Virus record (IMG/VR): IMGVR_UViG_3300020156_000032
Coordinates: 1-57,890 of that record
From: a virus
Taxonomy: Duplodnaviria; Caudoviricetes
Length of the DNA: 57,890 nt
Strand: one strand, 5' to 3'
Part shown: piece after piece, positions 18,611 to 28,594 of the stretch
Numbering within the stretch: the first letter of the stretch is position 1
How the letters are laid out: the number at the start of each line of letters is the position of its first letter
Notes under the pieces: generated by a model
Databases searched by the model: none
Told to the model about the DNA's origin: nothing
The model's input: the letters and a program-made list of their open reading frames with translations, nothing else
Translations under genes and position numbers: made by a program

Positions 18611-18642
18611 ATAGCCCACTAGGTCTACTTAGTGGGCTATTT
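18611..18642 (+). terminator. Intrinsic terminator
   Basis: ATAGCCCACTA/TAGTGGGCTAT stem plus T. Confidence 0.65.
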
Positions 18643-18670
18643 CCATACCCCTACCCCGCAATAAAAACCT

Positions 18671-19210
18671 ATGAAGTTCACCGATACAAAGGGCCGTGAG
18701 TGGGACCTCACCCTCACCTTGGCCGGAGCCAAACGGATTGATAACTCTGACTTCTCTGCAATCTACGAACAGAAGTTCAGTATCCTCTCTCCCTCGAAGG
18801 AACTGTTCCAGAACGTCTTAACCAACACCTCACTCTTGACTGCTATGGTCTGGGCGGTAGTGCAACCGCAAGTGAGGTCTCTCTTTGCCCAAGGGAAGTT
18901 TCAAGCTGACCCTGATACACATCCTGAAGATGCTGAAGCAGAATTCTGTGAAGCATTCAATGGAGCAACTATCTCAGCTTGCCGAGATGCCTTCTGGGAG
19001 GCCCTAGCAAGTTTTTTCCAAGATCATCAGACCGTCTTATTGAAACTGAAAGAGCATTACGTCAGGACTCAGAAGAAACTGGCAATGCGGATTCAGGAGT
19101 TGAGCCCCGAACTCGACAGTCTGATGGACGAGAATCTGGATCAGGGGATTCAGAAGATTCGGATGCAGATGAAGGAATCCATCCAAGAATCGTTTCGTGG
19201 CGGAACCTAA
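18671..19210 (+). CDS. Tail assembly chaperone
   Basis: MKFTDTKGREW...; upstream of tape measure; slippery heptamer inside. Confidence 0.7.
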   Translation: MKFTDTKGREWDLTLTLAGAKRIDNSDFSAIYEQKFSILSPSKELFQNVLTNTSLLTAMVWAVVQPQVRSLFAQGKFQADPDTHPEDAEAEFCEAFNGATISACRDAFWEALASFFQDHQTVLLKLKEHYVRTQKKLAMRIQELSPELDSLMDENLDQGIQKIRMQMKESIQESFRGGT

Positions 19211-19509
19211 TCGGATGTCTAGCCGTCCTTGGCTGGCGATTCGATGAAGTAAGTCATCTCACCTTACGGGACATAGTCATAGCCTACGATGCTAAGCTGA
19301 TCTATGACTGGGACCATACTGCTGCTATGTTGGCGATGAGCCATAACGTCGCTGTAGTGATGATGTGTCTCTGGTCTAAGTCTAAAGCTAAGCCTAAGTC
19401 TGCTGTGGATATGCACCCGTTCCGTAAAAAGAAACGAGATGGACTCAAGCTACGTCCTGATAACATTGGTGTCTTAAAATCACTTGGTCGAATGTTCTGT
19501 AAGAGCTGA
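19012..19509 (+). CDS. Tail assembly chaperone extension, probable -1 frameshift product
   Basis: T TTT TTC (19012-19018) in X XXY YYZ register; -1 frame open to 19509; LTLRDIV..YDAK...WDHTA...HPF. Confidence 0.6.
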   Translation, partial: FFPRSSDRLIETERALRQDSEETGNADSGVEPRTRQSDGRESGSGDSEDSDADEGIHPRIVSWRNLIGCLAVLGWRFDEVSHLTLRDIVIAYDAKLIYDWDHTAAMLAMSHNVAVVMMCLWSKSKAKPKSAVDMHPFRKKKRDGLKLRPDNIGVLKSLGRMFCKS

Positions 19510-19521
19510 GTAGGAGTACCT

Positions 19522-20037
19522 ATGTTCAGTGTTAGACCTCGATTCAAGTTAATCTTCTTTGACCGATCCGTTATCAGGACTAACTGGAAGAAGATCAATG
19601 ACAGGCCCCTTCGTAGAGCAGGGGCCTTAGTCCGTAAGATAGCTCGTCAGTCTATCCGACGAGTACCCTATGGAAAGAAGCGAAGTGGACTACGATACAG
19701 TCGTCCTGGTTCACCTCCTTGGTCTCGCTCCGGTAAGAGAGGAGCAGCCCCCTTCAAGCTCATCTTCAATCTGCCCTATGGACCTATGGGTCTAACTGAG
19801 ATCATCGGTATGGTTGGATTCGGTACTGGGTTTGGAACTCCAGTCCCCGGTCTACACGAGCATGGTGGTGTTGCTCGTCGCAAGGTATTTGACCGTAATT
19901 CCATCCAGGCTCGCATGAGTAAGAAGCAACGACCTCGCTGGCGGTCAGTCTACTACCCTGAGCGACCCTTCATGCTCCCAGCCTTGAAGAAAGCTCGCAC
20001 ACTCCCACAGTTCTGGAAAAACTCCCTATCCCGTTGA
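19522..20037 (+). CDS. HK97 gp10-like neck/tail completion protein
   Basis: RAGALVRKIARQSIR, SRPGSPP, LHEHGG, YPERPFMLPAL; AGGAG SD. Confidence 0.7.
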   Translation: MFSVRPRFKLIFFDRSVIRTNWKKINDRPLRRAGALVRKIARQSIRRVPYGKKRSGLRYSRPGSPPWSRSGKRGAAPFKLIFNLPYGPMGLTEIIGMVGFGTGFGTPVPGLHEHGGVARRKVFDRNSIQARMSKKQRPRWRSVYYPERPFMLPALKKARTLPQFWKNSLSR

Positions 20038-20046
20038 GAGGGCACA

Positions 20047-20517
20047 ATGGAACACAACGCACTACCCTTGGTGGACTGGTTAGTCAAGACCTACGCTTGG
20101 TATCCGATGATCGGTATCTTATTCATCATGATCACCTTAGACATCCTCAGTGGTATCTGTGCTGCTCTGGTAGAAGGTCGTCTAAGCAGTAAGGTCAGCT
20201 TCCCTGGTATGATGAAGAAAGCCTCAATCCTCTTGGTGGTCGGGATGGCTGCCGTACTCGAACATCTCCAGCCAGACCTACCCCTCGCTAAACTCACAGC
20301 AGGCTTCTTCATTATCAACGAAGCCCTCTCTATCCTTGAGAACGCTCGTAGAGCAGGTGTGCCTATCCCACCGATACTCAGTAAGAGTATCGACGCTATG
20401 TACCCTCGTGAAGTTAAACCCAAAGCCGAAGATACTCTCCATGTAGAGGTCAAAGGTTCAGAGAGCCTAGTCCTCAAGGCCAAGCGGAAGCAACCAGACG
20501 AACCTACGCTTCCCTAA
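20047..20517 (+). CDS. Holin (phage holin 4_1 / TcdE-like)
   Basis: Three hydrophobic segments; DILSG, LSSK...GMMKK, NEALSILEN...GVPIP. Confidence 0.85.
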   Translation: MEHNALPLVDWLVKTYAWYPMIGILFIMITLDILSGICAALVEGRLSSKVSFPGMMKKASILLVVGMAAVLEHLQPDLPLAKLTAGFFIINEALSILENARRAGVPIPPILSKSIDAMYPREVKPKAEDTLHVEVKGSESLVLKAKRKQPDEPTLP

Positions 20518-20560
20518 TTTCCGCCAGGCCATTATCTCCCCCAAAGAATGAGAGGCCACC

Positions 20561-23143
20561 GTGTCCATCGCTGGAATCAAAGCTGGTAAGGCATTCGTGT
20601 TCATCGAAGCCCTGGATAAGACTGGGCCAGTCCTAAAGGGTGTAAAGTCAAGTCTCCTGAACCTAGGCCGTGATCTACAACGCATTGGTCAAACGACTCT
20701 GTTAGCGTCCTTAGCCTCTCTCACTCCAACCTTTCTCTCCACTAAAGTCTTCCAAGACTTTGATGACGTAATGAAGAAAGTGGAAGCTCGCTCCGAGGGT
20801 ACGGCTGATGAAATGAATCGTATCCGAGAGCAAGCTAAACTGATGGGTCGTGAAACTGCTTTCACTGCTGCTCAAATTGGTGAAATGCAGATGCGTATTG
20901 CCCAGAAAGGTTTTAGTCGGGCTCAGATTTTGGATATGACACCATCCATTGTGTCTCTCGCTCGTGCAGCCGGTGAGGGGTTTGACTTCTTCAAGGATGC
21001 TGATGCTGCTGCTTCTCTTGTCACAGGTACGATTCGAGCATTTCGACTCGAAGCAGAAGATGCAGCCAATGTAGCAGACCTCATGGCTGCTGCTACTTTG
21101 GATTCATCCTATGAACTTAGTGGGTTGGTAACATCTCTCCAGTACGCAGGACCTGTTGCAGAAGCCTTTAATCTGTCCTTAGAAGAAACTTTGGCTCTCC
21201 TCATGACGATGTCGAACTTAGAGATCGACCCGTCTATCGCAGGTACAGCCTTACGTAACTTAGAGTTATATTCTACGAACGTCAAGGCACAAGATGAGTT
21301 CAATGCTTCTCTCAAGGAAGCAACTGGCAACACAATCGAGTTTACTGATGCAGCTGGGAATCTACGTCCCTTACCTGACATCTTGCATGCTATCGAAATT
21401 GCCACTGAGGGTATGGGTACTGGTTTGAAAGGTCAGATGTTGTCCAAGTTCTTTGGTCAACGTGCTGTGGTGCCTGCCTTCGGCTTAGGACCATCCAAAG
21501 ATTTTGTTAAGAACCTCAATGAACTACTCACAGCTAGTGGTCGTTCAGAACGAGTAGCCAAAGAGATGGAATCAGGTCTAGGTGGTGCTTGGCGTAACTT
21601 CCTAGGCGGTGTGGAGGCTGTGGCTCTAGCTATAGGTAAATCATTAGCTCCTGCTTTGATCGACCTCAGCAAAAAGATAGGACCCATCCTAACTGGTTTG
21701 ACAGAATGGATGAACAAGAATCCAGCCTTTGCAGTACAACTAACTATGTTGTCTCTATCTGGAGTAGCCCTCGGTGCTGCTTTGATCGGAGTAGGATTCT
21801 CCCTCAAGATGCTTAGTGCTGCTCTGATACCAACCTTAGCGATGATCAAAGTCCTAGGGTTTTCATGGGCAGTCCTCAAAGGTATATTCTTTGGAACTGT
21901 GGGTATACTCAAACTCATAGTCGCCCTAGTCAATGTACTTCGCCTCAGCATTGTTGCCTGGGCTGCATCTCTGGTTGTACTCAAGGCTGCGGTGATTGCT
22001 CTGAATGTTGCTCTGACCCTTACACAGCTCTACTACACTGGGTTAATGTTGATCTTCCAGACCCTCATGGCCCTTTCCGGTGTAGTGGTTGGTTTGGACT
22101 TCACAGCTATTCTCACCCTAGTCGGTATCGCTGCTCTATTCCTAGGACTAGGTATCGCGATCTACTATGCTGCTGATGCCTTCTCAGCACTAGGGCAAAT
22201 GATGAGTAAGATCGGTGGAGCCTTAGTGTCAGGCTTCTCTACATATTTTGCTGCTGTTCGAGACGGACTCAAAATGCTCGCTACTGACCTTACCTCATGG
22301 GGTCTACGCATGTTTGAATCCGGTAAAGCTCTAGGCAATACCTTAGTGACAACCTGGAGTGGAGTTGCTAAAGCTCTAACCCTAGGAGATACTCAAGCAG
22401 CTTGGGACATCGGCATCATAGGTCTACAAACCTCCTGGATGCAATTCGTAGATATGATCATGGACACTTGGGATGACGCTTCCACGTTCATGCTTGAGAC
22501 CTGGGAAGGACTCTTCACTTCTTTCAAGGAGACTATGGCAAATTCTGGTATAGGAGATTGGATAGGTTCCTTCTGGGAAAGTGTCCTACCAGGATACGAC
22601 CATAAGCCAGAAAAGACTGACTACGAGAAACGAGTTGAAGAGTTCAATCGTTCTCGTGGACACAAACCTTCAGATGGATTCGGTGTCAAAGATGAGCTAG
22701 ACGCCAACAAGGCATCTGGTGATCGTCTACGAGATCGTCGTAAAGCGATGGCCGAGAAGAACGCTAAACGTGAAGCTGAGATTGCAGCCAAACGCGCCGA
22801 GCTACTAAGCAAGGTCAATGCGATCACCGAGAAGGCCGATAAGGCAGCAGCAGAAGCAGACATCACTAAAACCCTCAAGGAGCTAGAGGATAAGTACAAG
22901 GCGTCTGCTGAGGCCCTCATCAGCAAAGATGGTATCTCAATCGAGATTCCAGCCCTCGATGCTCTCAAGGGACTGGAGCAAGGGACCTCAGAAGCAGCCA
23001 AGCAGGCCATCGAGAACATGCAACGCTCTATGAGTAGTCCAGAAGAGAAGGCTGCAATGGATCGTAAGGCGATGATCAAGAAGCTCGGAGAAATCCTAAA
23101 TGCTATCGAAGCAGGCGGTGACAATATCTTCGCGATAGTGTAA
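20561..23143 (+). CDS. Tail tape measure protein (TP901-like core)
   Basis: FDDVMKKV...AKLMGRETAFTAAQ...YAGPVA...AGTALRN; long hydrophobic helical region. Confidence 0.9.
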   Translation: MSIAGIKAGKAFVFIEALDKTGPVLKGVKSSLLNLGRDLQRIGQTTLLASLASLTPTFLSTKVFQDFDDVMKKVEARSEGTADEMNRIREQAKLMGRETAFTAAQIGEMQMRIAQKGFSRAQILDMTPSIVSLARAAGEGFDFFKDADAAASLVTGTIRAFRLEAEDAANVADLMAAATLDSSYELSGLVTSLQYAGPVAEAFNLSLEETLALLMTMSNLEIDPSIAGTALRNLELYSTNVKAQDEFNASLKEATGNTIEFTDAAGNLRPLPDILHAIEIATEGMGTGLKGQMLSKFFGQRAVVPAFGLGPSKDFVKNLNELLTASGRSERVAKEMESGLGGAWRNFLGGVEAVALAIGKSLAPALIDLSKKIGPILTGLTEWMNKNPAFAVQLTMLSLSGVALGAALIGVGFSLKMLSAALIPTLAMIKVLGFSWAVLKGIFFGTVGILKLIVALVNVLRLSIVAWAASLVVLKAAVIALNVALTLTQLYYTGLMLIFQTLMALSGVVVGLDFTAILTLVGIAALFLGLGIAIYYAADAFSALGQMMSKIGGALVSGFSTYFAAVRDGLKMLATDLTSWGLRMFESGKALGNTLVTTWSGVAKALTLGDTQAAWDIGIIGLQTSWMQFVDMIMDTWDDASTFMLETWEGLFTSFKETMANSGIGDWIGSFWESVLPGYDHKPEKTDYEKRVEEFNRSRGHKPSDGFGVKDELDANKASGDRLRDRRKAMAEKNAKREAEIAAKRAELLSKVNAITEKADKAAAEADITKTLKELEDKYKASAEALISKDGISIEIPALDALKGLEQGTSEAAKQAIENMQRSMSSPEEKAAMDRKAMIKKLGEILNAIEAGGDNIFAIV

Positions 23144-23148
23144 CTTAG

Positions 23149-23175
23149 AGCCCGGTGGGAAACCATCGGGCTTTT
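23149..23175 (+). terminator. Intrinsic terminator after tape measure gene
   Basis: AGCCCGGTGG-GAAA-CCATCGGGCT plus TTT. Confidence 0.75.
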
Positions 23176-23182
23176 CCTATTG

Positions 23183-23230
23183 GAGTCCTGCTAGACAGAG
23201 TTCTGCAAGACTTGTATACGCAGTCCTGCA
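23183..23230 (+). repeat. Three satellite copies of the GAGTYCTRCA iteron
   Basis: GAGTCCTGCT 23183, GAGTTCTGCA 23198, CAGTCCTGCA 23221. Confidence 0.7.
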
Positions 23231-23286
23231 AGACTTCACGCGGGACTGTCTTACCATATCTCCCCCAAAGAATAGGAGGGCGACCC

Positions 23287-24240
23287 ATGCCCGTAGTCTT
23301 AGGTATACTCGATGGTTCAGATGAAGGCAAAGACTGTCTGGAAGAGAAGAAAAAGATTTGGGTACGGAAACGTGAACATCAACGTACCTATATTGTCTTA
23401 GCAGACACAGTGAACGACACTGAAGAAGAGATCAAAGGTGCTTCTGGTGTCCCACCTCTTTTCTTTCCTCTGAATGGTTGTGTCTGTAATGATCGCACAG
23501 CAGAAGAGGTCCAGACTGTAGTTCATCCTCTCACTGGAGTGACAACAATCCTCTGGCATGTAAAATGTAACTTTACATCTGGTCTCAACGCCAGTGATCA
23601 AGATCAACCACCAGAAGCTAAACGACCCCAGGTACGTTGGGATTCTCGCACCGAAGATGAAGTCCTAGAGTTCGATGTTGGAGATGCTCGACCTATCCAA
23701 ACGGATGCTGGTGAACCTATGATCATCACAGCCCCAGGGTATATCTTCATTCTGGAGGTCACAAGATACGAAGTAGGAGCATTCGATCCCAAAGTCAAAC
23801 TTCTCTATGAGGGTTGTGCTAATTCTGCACCCTTCTATGGAGCCCCACAAGAAACTGCTGTACTGGCTAAGATTAACGCTGAAGAAGAATGGCTACCACC
23901 TCATACTGGTAGTGGTCCTGATCAACTCTATAACAAGGTGACTTACACCATCGAATTTAAGATTCGGCGTTTAGTAGTCGCTGCCTTTGGTTTGGTAACT
24001 GTCGGAGATGATCTCATACCGCTGACCCAACGGTCCCGAGTCCTGCACGCTGGATATAAGTACCGAAAGGAAGCTGGAGCCCCTTCTGAAATCTATTTAG
24101 ATAAGGCAGGGAATCCGCAGCAAGTCAACCTTGCTCTCGGTACAGGAGTCAAACTCGCAGAAGGTGCTGACCCTCAGTATAAAATGTTTCAACGACTCTA
24201 TACTAAAGACTTCAATGCCCTTTCCCTCGGCCCCTTCTAA
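23287..24240 (+). CDS. Putative distal tail / hub protein
   Basis: Directly after tape measure; AGGAGG SD supports ATG 23287. Confidence 0.6.
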   Translation: MPVVLGILDGSDEGKDCLEEKKKIWVRKREHQRTYIVLADTVNDTEEEIKGASGVPPLFFPLNGCVCNDRTAEEVQTVVHPLTGVTTILWHVKCNFTSGLNASDQDQPPEAKRPQVRWDSRTEDEVLEFDVGDARPIQTDAGEPMIITAPGYIFILEVTRYEVGAFDPKVKLLYEGCANSAPFYGAPQETAVLAKINAEEEWLPPHTGSGPDQLYNKVTYTIEFKIRRLVVAAFGLVTVGDDLIPLTQRSRVLHAGYKYRKEAGAPSEIYLDKAGNPQQVNLALGTGVKLAEGADPQYKMFQRLYTKDFNALSLGPF

Positions 24241-24260
24241 TAAACACCTGGAACCTAAAT

Positions 24261-25424
24261 ATGGCTAAACGAACTATACACGGATTTGAACGCCAGGATG
24301 CTTTGAACCTCAAACAGATCGCGAGGTCTGGAGTCAAGAAGAAAGGGCTTTTCCTACCTGAACCGCGGACTAATAGTTCGAGGTCTTACGTGGTAGTCCT
24401 GCAAGATGCTGCACCTGCTATGACAGAAGATGGTGGTGTGTTCTCCCCAGGTGAAGCTGAAGCTAAGGTCTACATCAGAGACTCTGGATCAGACACTGAT
24501 AAGCAAGGTCATTCCAGCGACCCTGATAATACAATCGAGACACCAGTTGAACTGACAGAAGTCTTGGACCCAGCGGGTGCTTATGTCTATCGCCGCGTGT
24601 TTAACTTGATGACCGTCGAGGCTCCTGCTGGAGTTCCGCTGATGGCCACTCAGGACGTATGGGGCGACCTCTACATTGACCAGACTGGTGGAGCTTCAGA
24701 GGGATTCTGTCTTGGTCGTGTGACTGAAAGTAGTGGTATTGCAGGCAGCTTTATCGGAACTGGAGGTTTTCTTGAATCTGGAACAGTAGCTTTGTATTGG
24801 GCTAAGCCTGATGAGGTTATGCCTGGTTTTTATGAGATTCGGGGTTTGGACTTAGCCCTGGAAGTGGTAGCGTACAATCTTTCACCACTTAAAGTAAGCG
24901 TGAACCGAGATGTTCGTTGTTGGTTCAATGCAGTCCTCAATCAATGGTACTTTGAACCAGTCTATCATCCCTTCCAAGGAGGTACACCACTTGGAGCATG
25001 GAACACAGACTCTACTGTGATTGGTACTTCTGCAACTCTATTAGAGCCTAATTCTGTGTCCTCCTACCAAAATGTTATAAATACATCCGTCGCCAATAAT
25101 GGGGGTGGTAATGGTATATCCGTACAGACTGCGGGTGACTATTACTGGAACGTACAAGTAGAAATCGGAGTTGAGGATAATGTAACATCACCAGGGTTTC
25201 CAATGAGCTTCTCTTTATTCCTAGGTCTCAGAGAATTCAAATTTGTGATCCCTACTAATCCTCTACATTTGGGTACTGTAGCAGCTTTTAACCATACGTT
25301 AGAGCTTACACAATACGCTCAGTTTGGATTATCAGATGTTCTAACACTCAAAGCGTCATGTCCCTTTTCATCAGGCGTGCATGTAGTAACTCGATCTCTA
25401 TTGATACCTCAATTCGGATATTAA
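24261..25424 (+). CDS. Putative tail tip / receptor-binding protein
   Basis: Last gene of tail module; beta-rich lower-GC C-terminus. Confidence 0.55.
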   Translation: MAKRTIHGFERQDALNLKQIARSGVKKKGLFLPEPRTNSSRSYVVVLQDAAPAMTEDGGVFSPGEAEAKVYIRDSGSDTDKQGHSSDPDNTIETPVELTEVLDPAGAYVYRRVFNLMTVEAPAGVPLMATQDVWGDLYIDQTGGASEGFCLGRVTESSGIAGSFIGTGGFLESGTVALYWAKPDEVMPGFYEIRGLDLALEVVAYNLSPLKVSVNRDVRCWFNAVLNQWYFEPVYHPFQGGTPLGAWNTDSTVIGTSATLLEPNSVSSYQNVINTSVANNGGGNGISVQTAGDYYWNVQVEIGVEDNVTSPGFPMSFSLFLGLREFKFVIPTNPLHLGTVAAFNHTLELTQYAQFGLSDVLTLKASCPFSSGVHVVTRSLLIPQFGY

Positions 25425-25746
25425 CCCCCTGTAAGTGGGGCCACCTGGAAGGGGGGTATAGGGGGCTCGCCTAGCCTGCCCTCGCCACGAGCTAAGCCCC
25501 TTGGCCCCTACACCTAAGGGCTTGCGGGTTTGCCCTGCCCTGCCCTTCGCCGCGTTAGCCCCCTATGGCCATAGCCGCTTAGCCCCCTAGCCCCTTAACG
25601 GGCTTGCTAGGGGGCTTAAAACGCATAGCGGGGGGTATGCCCCCCTATGGGGTGGTTCTCGGGGGGTATTGCCCCTACTTGCTCTTGCCGCTGCCCTAAG
25701 CTACCCTAGGGGCGGGTTAGGACGGGAGAGGCAAGACCTTAGACCT

Positions 25747-25911
25747 CTACTCGTCGCGATAGTCGAGCAGAAGCTCTGTGAAGAGGATACCACCATCATC
25801 AATCCCGACTACTTGGTACATGATCAACAGCCGGGCCTGTTCTTCAGTCACTTCGACGTCAATGTACTCACTAGCATCTAGTTCTCCTAGGTACAACCTC
25901 AGAGTACGCAT
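25747..25911 (-). CDS. Small hypothetical protein
   Basis: ATG at 25911 preceded by GGGGAG (reverse complement of motif A). Confidence 0.45.
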   Translation of the reverse strand: MRTLRLYLGELDASEYIDVEVTEEQARLLIMYQVVGIDDGGILFTELLLDYRDE

Positions 25912-25990
25912 AGGTATCTCCCCCAAAGAAAAAAGCCGGAGCCTCCAGGAGACCATCCCCTAGACGACTCCGGCCTCACCGTCGCAACCT

Positions 25991-26407
25991 TTACTTGACC
26001 GCATACCGACTGAGGGTTTCAGCTAAGGTCCGATTCCACCATTCCTTGAAACCTCCTGCCGAATCCTTGTATGGGTTCTCTTCTGCGACTTCATCAAAAA
26101 TGGTAGCCACCTCTTCAACTACCTTATGCAGGTCCGCAGCACTACATAGAGCTAAGGCTACCTTCACAGCCTGGACCTCATCATTAGCTGCGATGCGAAT
26201 CACCTGATCAGGAAACTCAGCCATCACAAGGTGATGATTATCAACCCACTGTAGGATGTCCTTGTAGGCTGAGACACGACCAGTCCAAAGGGCTCGTCGA
26301 GTATCAACACTCTGCTTGGTGCCACAGAGACGAATCTGCTCGTCAGCGTTGTGTCGAGCCCGCTCATAGTCTTGGATACGCTTCTCCAGAAACTTCATCA
26401 AAGTCAT
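25991..26407 (-). CDS. Hypothetical protein
   Basis: Coupled to helicase stop; AGGAG SD. Confidence 0.7.
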   Translation of the reverse strand: MTLMKFLEKRIQDYERARHNADEQIRLCGTKQSVDTRRALWTGRVSAYKDILQWVDNHHLVMAEFPDQVIRIAANDEVQAVKVALALCSAADLHKVVEEVATIFDEVAEENPYKDSAGGFKEWWNRTLAETLSRYAVK

Positions 26408-26408
26408 C

Positions 26409-28544
26409 TTACATCTCCTGTTTAGGTGTGCGAACCCAGATCAATTCCTTGATTGCCCTGGTGATCGCAACGTACTTGAGGTTCATCTCTTGGGCACGAG
26501 CCCAAGCCGACTTCGCCATTGGATGAGGCATCTTCTCTGGTCGGAGGATATATACTCGATCAGCTTCCAGTCCCTTTGCACGATGGACAGAACTCAACTT
26601 GATACCCTCGTTGGGTTCTCTACCTTCCTCGTACTCCAACTGGAACACCTTGTCGATCTTACCTCCCTTACCAACAACAGCTTCCATACTCGTAGCATCT
26701 TCAAAGAAGACACGGAGTACCGCACACTTATCTTCGAGTGCGATGAGAACATCAGGGTCAACATTCCGCCGCTTCTTCAACCGAGCCATCTCGGTCTCCT
26801 GGTACTTATCCAACCAGTTCAGAAACTCCCCAGGATCAGTAGCTTTGGAGTTCTTGATGGTCAGTTTAAGCTGCTGACCCAAATCCCTGCCTTGGATATG
26901 ACACTTCCGATTCTCTCGAATCAGACCAAAGGCCAGGGACACAATCGGAGCATTCAACCGACATAGGACCATGTCCCTATCAGTCATCTGCTCCCGAGCC
27001 TCTTCTTGACTAGCCCACTTGACTTCACCTTCCTGATTCATGTCATGGGCTTCAAACTCTGGCACAATGGCCTGAGCTTCTTCCACAATCTTCTTACCAC
27101 ACCTCCGGGTAACTGTCAGTTTCATCTCCTGCACACCGCGGTTGGATTGACCCAACCGTTTGGTCATGTTAGGGATGCTATCGACATCAGCCCCTGCAAA
27201 CCCATAGATAGCCTGGTTAGGATCACCAACCAGGACCATACGTTCGAGGAACCGAAAGATCACTTCTTGCTGACTGGCATTGAGGTCTTGAGCCTCATCC
27301 ACCAACCCCAGGTCAGCTTTCCTCCAGGGTCTCAGATCATACAGTGTGGGGAACACGATCTGATCATTGAAGTCCAGAAGGTCTGTCATCTTGAGTGACT
27401 TATCCAAAAGGATATCAGTCAGCTCCCGAATTTCTGCCTCCTGAGTACCAAGGTCCACCTGATAATGGTCTACCAAGTGTTGAAAGACCTCATCAGTGAC
27501 GAAGTACCTTCGATCATATCCTTGCTCCTCATAGGAGAACTTCAGATTGATCTTAGCGTACCCCACCAAATCCTCTACGGCATTGATCACCGTAGCCTTC
27601 TCCTTCCAGACCTCTTCAAGGTCCTTGTTCCAGTGCGTCGATAATAAACGCCTGGTTTTCCACTTGGAGGTCGAACCCCACTTCAAGCGGAAGGCTTTCC
27701 CACAGACCTTGTAGCACATCCCATGCACTGTCGAGAACTCGAACTCAACTCCAATCCTCGCCAGAGCGTCAACGAGCCATTGGTACTGAACACTGAATGC
27801 CTTCACAATGGACCTGTTGAAGGCGATGTACCGTACCACTCTAGGCTTCTCTTGAGCCACAAAGTCCCAGACCTTCTGCTGTTGTGGACTGGGCACAGGA
27901 TCAAACCCCAGGTTCTTCACAACATCCCTCCAGATGGCGTCTCGATAGGTATAGGCTACCGAGAGGACGGAGGTGAACGTCTTACCAGTCCCCGCTTTAG
28001 CATCCACGATGCCGTGCGAGGCCGAGCCTACACTTTGGGTCATCTCCCCCAAAGAAGCCTGCTTCTTAGCTAGGACCTCCGAGGGTTTCAACTTCCGAGT
28101 AGTCCCAGTTGTCGTCCCATGAACTGTCATCTGAAGTCGAGCAAGGTCTTGCTTTAGACCCTCAACCTTGCTTGCCGCTTCCGTTGTCCTCGCAGGATTC
28201 GGAGCAAACCCCGGAGGCGGGACCGAGCTTGATTGAACTCTCGGTCGCGGTGTCTGTTTGGTTGTCCGCGTTGGAACTGGAGGGCTGACCGTTCGCGGAG
28301 AATGGTCTGCATGATTCGCCGTTCTGTCTTGATCAGAGCGGTCAGTTCCCCTCGACTGAGACGTTGGTTTTGGATTCCTCCTTGGTGATTGGGGAATGGG
28401 ACTAGGAACCACTCTTGACGTTGCCTTCTTGACAGGGACACGCTTGACCTCCTTCTTGATGGGAGCCTTCTTCTTGACAGGGAGTCGTTTGACCACCACT
28501 TTGGTAGGTGGTGGAGGTACAGGCAGTTTCTTCTTCTTGGCCAT
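26409..28544 (-). CDS. UvrD/Rep-like superfamily 1 helicase with disordered basic N-terminus
   Basis: AKAGTGKT, IAFN, LVDEAQD, VGDPNQAIYGFAGA, TRRC, SVHRAKGLEA, YVAITRA. Confidence 0.92.
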   Translation of the reverse strand: MAKKKKLPVPPPPTKVVVKRLPVKKKAPIKKEVKRVPVKKATSRVVPSPIPQSPRRNPKPTSQSRGTDRSDQDRTANHADHSPRTVSPPVPTRTTKQTPRPRVQSSSVPPPGFAPNPARTTEAASKVEGLKQDLARLQMTVHGTTTGTTRKLKPSEVLAKKQASLGEMTQSVGSASHGIVDAKAGTGKTFTSVLSVAYTYRDAIWRDVVKNLGFDPVPSPQQQKVWDFVAQEKPRVVRYIAFNRSIVKAFSVQYQWLVDALARIGVEFEFSTVHGMCYKVCGKAFRLKWGSTSKWKTRRLLSTHWNKDLEEVWKEKATVINAVEDLVGYAKINLKFSYEEQGYDRRYFVTDEVFQHLVDHYQVDLGTQEAEIRELTDILLDKSLKMTDLLDFNDQIVFPTLYDLRPWRKADLGLVDEAQDLNASQQEVIFRFLERMVLVGDPNQAIYGFAGADVDSIPNMTKRLGQSNRGVQEMKLTVTRRCGKKIVEEAQAIVPEFEAHDMNQEGEVKWASQEEAREQMTDRDMVLCRLNAPIVSLAFGLIRENRKCHIQGRDLGQQLKLTIKNSKATDPGEFLNWLDKYQETEMARLKKRRNVDPDVLIALEDKCAVLRVFFEDATSMEAVVGKGGKIDKVFQLEYEEGREPNEGIKLSSVHRAKGLEADRVYILRPEKMPHPMAKSAWARAQEMNLKYVAITRAIKELIWVRTPKQEM

Positions 28545-28594
28545 GAGTCTATGGTAGGTGTTACCTACCCTCCAGATTGTTCAGATTGTAGAGG

